Positions 59,276 to 64,000 of a stretch of 64,000 nucleotides of DNA are shown one piece after another. Origin of the DNA: Bryobacteraceae bacterium (lineage in GTDB: Bacteria > Acidobacteriota > Terriglobia > Bryobacterales > Bryobacteraceae); contig DATNMW010000096.1 in assembly GCA_035602155.1 (NCBI GenBank), forward strand, positions 41,319 to 105,318. The letters run 5' to 3'. Both the position numbers and the translations under genes were made by a program. Each line of letters begins with the position of its first letter. Positions within the stretch are counted from its first letter, which is position 1. The notes beneath the pieces are model-generated. The model ran no database searches. It had not been told where the DNA came from and saw nothing but the letters and a program-made list of their open reading frames with translations.

Positions 59276-59482
59276 GTGTTGGACGCGGCGAACTGGCATT
59301 GACGCTAGGACCGGTGAACCGAGGTGTAAGGGCGGACGCTACCTTTATAGGCGGACTGCTACTGGCCGGCGGGTGCCTGGCGGTGGTCGGAGTCTAGAGC
59401 GAATGGATGCCAGTGCGCGCGGCGATGCGGGCCATCGGGAACTGCCGACGGCCTAAAAGGCGACAGAATGGGCGGGAGGGTT

Positions 59483-60172
59483 ATGCCAATCGTCCTAACC
59501 GAAATACCGGCAGCGGCTGTTCCCCACGTTCCGCCCCGAAAGCGATGGACTCGCGCCGAGTGCGCAACTCTGGAGGCGTCCGGTCTCCTGGATCAGGAAA
59601 GCCTGGAGCTTGTGGAAGGGGAGTTGATCGGCAAAACGGAGAAGAAACGCCCGCACGTGGACTCCTTCACCCTGCTACAGGAGTGGTTGGCGCAAGTCTT
59701 TGGATTTCGCTCAGTGAACGTAGAGGCGCCCATTGACGTGGCCCCTGAGGACAATCCTACCAACGAACCGGTGCCCGATCTTATCGTCCTACCGCAAGAG
59801 CGGCCGCGTTTCACATCCAACCCGAGGGCGCTGGATTTGCGGCTCGGAGTTGAGATAGCCGATACCAGCCTTAGCTTCGATCTCAAGGTTAAAGTCCCGC
59901 TTTACGCGAGGGCCGGGGTGCGCGAATATTGGGTCCTGGACGTGGCTGGCCACCGGTTGCTGGTGCACAGGAATCCGCAATCCGTAACGTATATGGACGT
60001 GGCCGCTTATAGCGCACGAGAGCGTGTCGCCGCTTGCTCCGCCGCGGGAACAGTTCCGCGTGGCGGATGCCTTCCAAGTCCTATAGCGGCGGTCGCCCGT
60101 ATCCGCCGTTGCCCCCGAAACGCGAACGCTAAACAGCACCGATCTGAAGCCAAATCCAATCGCGCGGCATGA
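59483..60172 (+). pseudogene. Uma2-family (DUF820) endonuclease, C-terminus altered by a 2-nt deletion
   Basis: MPIVLTEIPAAAVPHVPPRKRWTRAECATLEASGLLDQESLELVEGELI...PDLIVL...EIADTSLSFDLKVKVPLYARAGVREYWVLDV. After ~60014 the frame departs from copy 2 (agcgcacgag versus agcgagcacgag) and reads through to 60172. Confidence 0.7.
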
Positions 60173-60366
60173 TAAACAAGAACGTGATGTCGCCATAGAG
60201 GCTACGGGCTCAAGAGCACCTGAGGAAAGCCGAAACTGGCCCAAAACCGAAGGTCGCGCCGACCGCGCGGCTGCCAGGAAATACTGCTCCGCAGTTCCCG
60301 CGAGTTGGGTGTCTCCGGTGGAGGCATGCGGCCCGAAAAAAGGCGATAGAATAGGCGGGAGGGGTC

Positions 60367-60972
60367 ATGCCAATCGCCCTAACCGAAATACCGGCGCCGG
60401 TTGCTCCGCCGGATCCGCCTCGCAAGCGATGGACTCGCGCGGAGTGCGCCACTTTGGAGGCATCCGGTCTCCTGGATCAGGAGAGCCTGGAGCTTGTAGA
60501 AGGGGAATTGATCAGCAAGATGGGGAAGAAACGGCCTCACGTGAATTCATTCACCCGGCTGCAAGAGTGGCTGGTGCAAGTCTTCGGATGGGGCTTTGTG
60601 AATGCAGAGGCGCCCATTGATGTAGCCCCTGAGGACAACCCCACCAACGAGCCGGTACCCGACCTCATCGTGCTGCGGCAAGATGACTCGCATTTCACAT
60701 CGAACCCGCAACCCCAGGATCTGCGGCTCGTCGTGGAGATAGCCGATACCAGCCTTAGCTTCGATCTCAAGGTTAAGGCCGCGCTTTACGCGAGGGCCGG
60801 TGTGATCGAATATTGGGTCCTCGACGTAGCCGGCCGTCGGCTGCTGGTCCACCGGAATCCGCAATCGGGAAAGTATGCGGACGTGGCTGCTTATAGCGAG
60901 CACGAGAGCGTGTCGCCGCTGGCTGCGCCGGAGGAACAGTTCCGCGTGGCGGATGCCTTCCAAGTCCTTTAG
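60367..60972 (+). CDS. Uma2-family (DUF820) endonuclease
   Basis: 201-aa ORF with the PD-(D/E)xK-like core PDLIVL...VVEIADTSLSFDLKVKAALYARAGVIEYWVLDV. It is a tandem paralog of the upstream copy. Confidence 0.85.
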   Translation: MPIALTEIPAPVAPPDPPRKRWTRAECATLEASGLLDQESLELVEGELISKMGKKRPHVNSFTRLQEWLVQVFGWGFVNAEAPIDVAPEDNPTNEPVPDLIVLRQDDSHFTSNPQPQDLRLVVEIADTSLSFDLKVKAALYARAGVIEYWVLDVAGRRLLVHRNPQSGKYADVAAYSEHESVSPLAAPEEQFRVADAFQVL

Positions 60973-61122
60973 GAACGTTCGCCGGAATCCGCGGCACGGC
61001 CTCCGTCCGCCGCGAACGCTAAACTGCCCGATCTTGAAGCCCAAATTCCAATGGCGCCGGCATGATAAACCAGAGCGTGACGTAGCCAGAAAGAATCCCG
61101 CTTTGCCCCAAAACAACGCCAC

Positions 61123-62184
61123 CTACCGGCCAAGCTCCGTTACCATTAGTCCCATGAAATTATAGATCACTGTCTCGGTCCAAGCAGCACCCGGCGCGGC
61201 CGGGTGGGTCAATTGAAAGACGGTGCCGCATCCCCCGCCGAAGCCCATGTAGTCGCAGGGCTCGCTACCATCGTAAAATGTGCTGCCGTAGAGTACGCCT
61301 CCGGGCCCTACCGTCAAGGTTGCTCGTGAGCCGCAACCATCAGGGGTTCCGGCGAAACTGTATATTGTCGTTCCTGTCCAAGCGCCTCCGGACGCCGGGA
61401 GGGGTAAGCTCGTACACTGAGCCGCAACCTCCTGTCCCTACATCGTACGTGAAATAAGTTGTACCGTATAAGGATCGACCATCCGAGACCACACCAGCAT
61501 ATGGACTAAGCCCGATACCTGCGTCCCAGAAATTCAACAGGGTGGATTCTGTCCAGCTACCGCCCGGACTCGCGGGCGGCGTGAGCATGAAGGCGGCGCC
61601 ACCGCTCTTCCCATCAGACGAAATGTGGCTATTAAATGTCGTACCGAAAACATTCCCGCTCTCGCCGACACTCACGCCTGCGTACAAGGTGTTTGGAGCA
61701 TTGAGATTGGTTCCGAAGTCAGCGAAACTGTAGAGCGTCGTTTGGGTCCAGGAACCACCCGCAACTGTTTGGGCCGTCAACTCAAAAGACCGTTCCTCCG
61801 CCACCGCTCCCACCTGTCTCGGTTGTGCCGAAGAGCGATCCTTTGCTGCTAAACGTCACGCCCGCATTCGGCGCACTGCCATCAGCCCCGGTGAAGCTAT
61901 GAATTATTGTTTCGGCCCAAGGCCTTTGGCTTGAGGGAGTCAAAGCGAAGACCGTCCCGCAATTGAAACTACTGCACGAGTTGGCTCCGCCGACTAACAG
62001 TGCCATAGATCGTGCCGTTCTTCCCATCCGTTACGTTCCCGTGGGGAGTAGAGCCGTCGCTGCCGCCTTTGAAACTATAAAGGATGGCATAGGTAGGGTT
62101 TTGTGCAGCGCACGAGAGTGCTGCGATTATCGCCAGAGCAAGCAAACTCCCCGATTGCGACGTCGCTTGTAGTCTTTTGTTCAT
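61123..62184 (-). pseudogene. GloVer (Gloeo_Verruco) repeat protein, fragmented by at least three frameshifts
   Basis: Signal peptide MNKRLQATSQSGSLLALAIIAALSCAAQ. The repeated G.(L/V)(Y/F)G(T/S)T...GG..G.G(T/S)V(F/Y).L(T)P motif is spread over four track ORFs in different frames (61969..62202, 61782..62027, 61340..61813, 61123..61317). Confidence 0.7.
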
Positions 62185-62265
62185 TGCTCGGCCTTTCTGC
62201 AAATTTGGCGGCGTCGAGGTGTGCCCCTGCGGATACCTTCGCTCCGACCCCGCGGAGACGCTCGT

Positions 62266-63267
62266 CTAGACCCCGCCCCGAGGCCGGTACCCGGGCCTGG
62301 ACCGCACGCGGTACTTCTTCCCCACATCGGTCACAATCTCGACCGCGATCTTGCGGAAGCCCTCGTTCGGATTGGGCTGCGGATAGTAAGTCACCGTATA
62401 AGAATTGCCTAAATCCTCGCGGATGGATTCAAAAGCCTCCACCTGCTTCTGCCAGGTCTTGGCCCAATAAGCCTTGCCGCCGGTGCGCGTGGCGATGCGC
62501 CGGAAGACGCCGCTCGAAATGGGATCCTTGTTGACCTCGTTGGTGGAGATCACGTAGATGGGAATGCCTTCGTCCTCGGCCACCGCGCGCACATCGTCGG
62601 GCGCCACCATGCTGGCGTTGTCCGGCCCGTTGGAGAAGACGATTACCACCTTGCGGCCGGGCACTTTGGCCGCATCGCGCAACGTCAGCAACAAGGCGTT
62701 GTAGAGCGCCGTATCGTCTCCCGCTACCGACTTGCGCAGCCCGCCGATGGCGTCGCCGCGGTCGCGCGTCAGGGTAGCGGCGCGGGAGAGATTGCGGCTG
62801 AAGGTGTAGACCGCCACGGAATCCGCGCGGTCCAGGCCGCGCACGAAATCGGCGATGGCGTCTTCGGCGTACACGAAACCGCGGTACATGAAGTTGCTGG
62901 TGTCGAACAGCACGAAGACGTTGGTGCCCACGAAGGCGTCGCTGTGGAGGTCGATGCCCGGGTTGCCGGGCGCCTCGGCGGGCTCGCCGGCCACCAGCGG
63001 ACGCGTGCTGCCATCCTCCAACACCTGCACGGGAGGCTTGGTGCCCTCCGCGAAGGTGGCCATCTTTTGCAGGACGGTGTCTTCGTAGATTTTGAAATCC
63101 GTATTCTTCAGGCCGTTGATATAGCGGTTATGGCTGTCGGTGACGGTGAAGCTGAGCACTACCATATCCACTTTCACGCGGAATACCGGGCGCTGCGCAT
63201 CCTGCGCCTTCAGCAAAGCCGTGCCCGCTGCCGCTCCTAGAAAACCCCGACGGGTTATGAGACGCAT
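62266..63267 (-). CDS. VWA-domain protein (TIGR03436-like, acidobacterial VWFA-related) with Tat-like signal
   Basis: 333-aa ORF. MRLITRRGFLGAAAGTALL. MIDAS-like VFVLFDTSNFM. ...VVIVFSNGPDNAS.... Confidence 0.85.
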   Translation of the reverse strand: MRLITRRGFLGAAAGTALLKAQDAQRPVFRVKVDMVVLSFTVTDSHNRYINGLKNTDFKIYEDTVLQKMATFAEGTKPPVQVLEDGSTRPLVAGEPAEAPGNPGIDLHSDAFVGTNVFVLFDTSNFMYRGFVYAEDAIADFVRGLDRADSVAVYTFSRNLSRAATLTRDRGDAIGGLRKSVAGDDTALYNALLLTLRDAAKVPGRKVVIVFSNGPDNASMVAPDDVRAVAEDEGIPIYVISTNEVNKDPISSGVFRRIATRTGGKAYWAKTWQKQVEAFESIREDLGNSYTVTYYPQPNPNEGFRKIAVEIVTDVGKKYRVRSRPGYRPRGGV

Positions 63268-63294
63268 GAGTCCCCCTGGTTACCGAGTTACTAC

Positions 63295-64000
63295 CTAGTT
63301 ACTTGCGTTAGTCAGTTGTTGTGGCGGCGCCTGCGCCAGGGCCTGCTGCCGCGATTTATTACGCACTTCGTCGCCCACTGCGCGCAAAGAGCGGAGCACT
63401 GCCGGCCAGTCCTCCAGATGCGAGGCGAAGATACGCTCCACGAGTTTCTCGGTCCACTCCGGGATGCGCACATTGAGCTGCGAAGGCTGGACGTTGGTCT
63501 CGTCGGCCAGATCGGCCCAGTAGAGCGCGTTGGATTCCCAGCTTTCGGCCAGAATGCGGCTGGAATATCCCATCAAAGTCGGGAAGGTGCGCAAATTGAG
63601 CAGCTCCGGCCGGTAGGAGTTGGCCAGCGTAGGCTTGGGGGTTCCGAAAGCCGCCGAGATGGCCGCGTAGTTGACTTGCCGGGGAGATTTCGCGGCCAGG
63701 CGGCGAATTTCCGCCAGTAACGGGGACGGCTCGCGCTTCGGATTGGCTTCCATCTTTGCTTCCATACGGGATGCCAAAACGAACAACTCGGAGGGCGTCA
63801 CCTTGTTCAGCGCGGCCTGTACGTCGCCGCCTTCCAGCAGCATCTCCACCTGTCCGACGCGCGCCGGGGCCGCTTGCGCACTCAAGATGCCCAGAACGGA
63901 CTGCCTGAGCGCGGGGTCCATCGCGGATTCGGCCAGCAGCGATTCCGCATAGCGCATGTGCAGCGCCACCCAGTGCAACTGCGAGGGCGTGACGTTCCAC
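63295..64000 (-). CDS. Hypothetical protein, 5-prime end outside the window
   Basis: The frame is open from 63295 to the window edge. The track ORF 63295..63978 starts at an internal TTG. No recognised domain. Confidence 0.45.
   Translation of the reverse strand, partial: WNVTPSQLHWVALHMRYAESLLAESAMDPALRQSVLGILSAQAAPARVGQVEMLLEGGDVQAALNKVTPSELFVLASRMEAKMEANPKREPSPLLAEIRRLAAKSPRQVNYAAISAAFGTPKPTLANSYRPELLNLRTFPTLMGYSSRILAESWESNALYWADLADETNVQPSQLNVRIPEWTEKLVERIFASHLEDWPAVLRSLRAVGDEVRNKSRQQALAQAPPQQLTNASN

Overview
High-GC bacterial chromosomal segment. Its gene content looks Acidobacteriota-like: ADOP-type duplicated FtsX permeases, a TIGR03435-like remnant, a TIGR03436-like VWA protein, a carboxypeptidase-regulatory TonB-type receptor, a DUF1552/DUF1592 pair and a GloVer-repeat protein. 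This phylum call is inference from family content, not a search result.

The first ~36 kb is mostly housekeeping or ordinary metabolism. It holds an RR-PAS-GGDEF-EAL protein, a GH13 amylase-family enzyme, a CdaA-type diadenylate cyclase, aconitase, an RNB exoribonuclease, PxpA, a GMC oxidoreductase pair and 6-phosphogluconate dehydrogenase. Small accessory patches interrupt it.

The standout feature is a compact class III lanthipeptide gene cluster at ~48.4-57.5 kb:
- A LanKC-type lyase-kinase-cyclase without zinc ligands.
- Two tandem 54-codon precursors, each with a VLALQ leader motif and two perfect S-x2-S-x3-C labionin-type motifs.
- A divergent operon encoding an ABC exporter, a short AraC-type regulator and a translationally coupled M16 peptidase pair (one HxxEH-active, one inactive).

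Other observations:
- Three times, an intact gene is followed by accessory DNA and then a diverged, decayed copy of that gene's own 3-prime end (RNB gene, GMC gene, VWA gene). The accessory DNA holds toxin-antitoxin modules (many frameshifted), a possible HEPN-like orphan, a cyclase relic, Uma2 nuclease duplicates and an IS4 transposase remnant.
- A MITE-like element family with GGTAGTGGG... terminal inverted repeats and 8-bp target duplications occurs three times: a 421-bp copy, a 33-bp minimal copy and a solo end.
- I recognised no rRNA, tRNA or CRISPR array.

All coordinates and motifs come from reading the sequence and ORF track. No database search was run.
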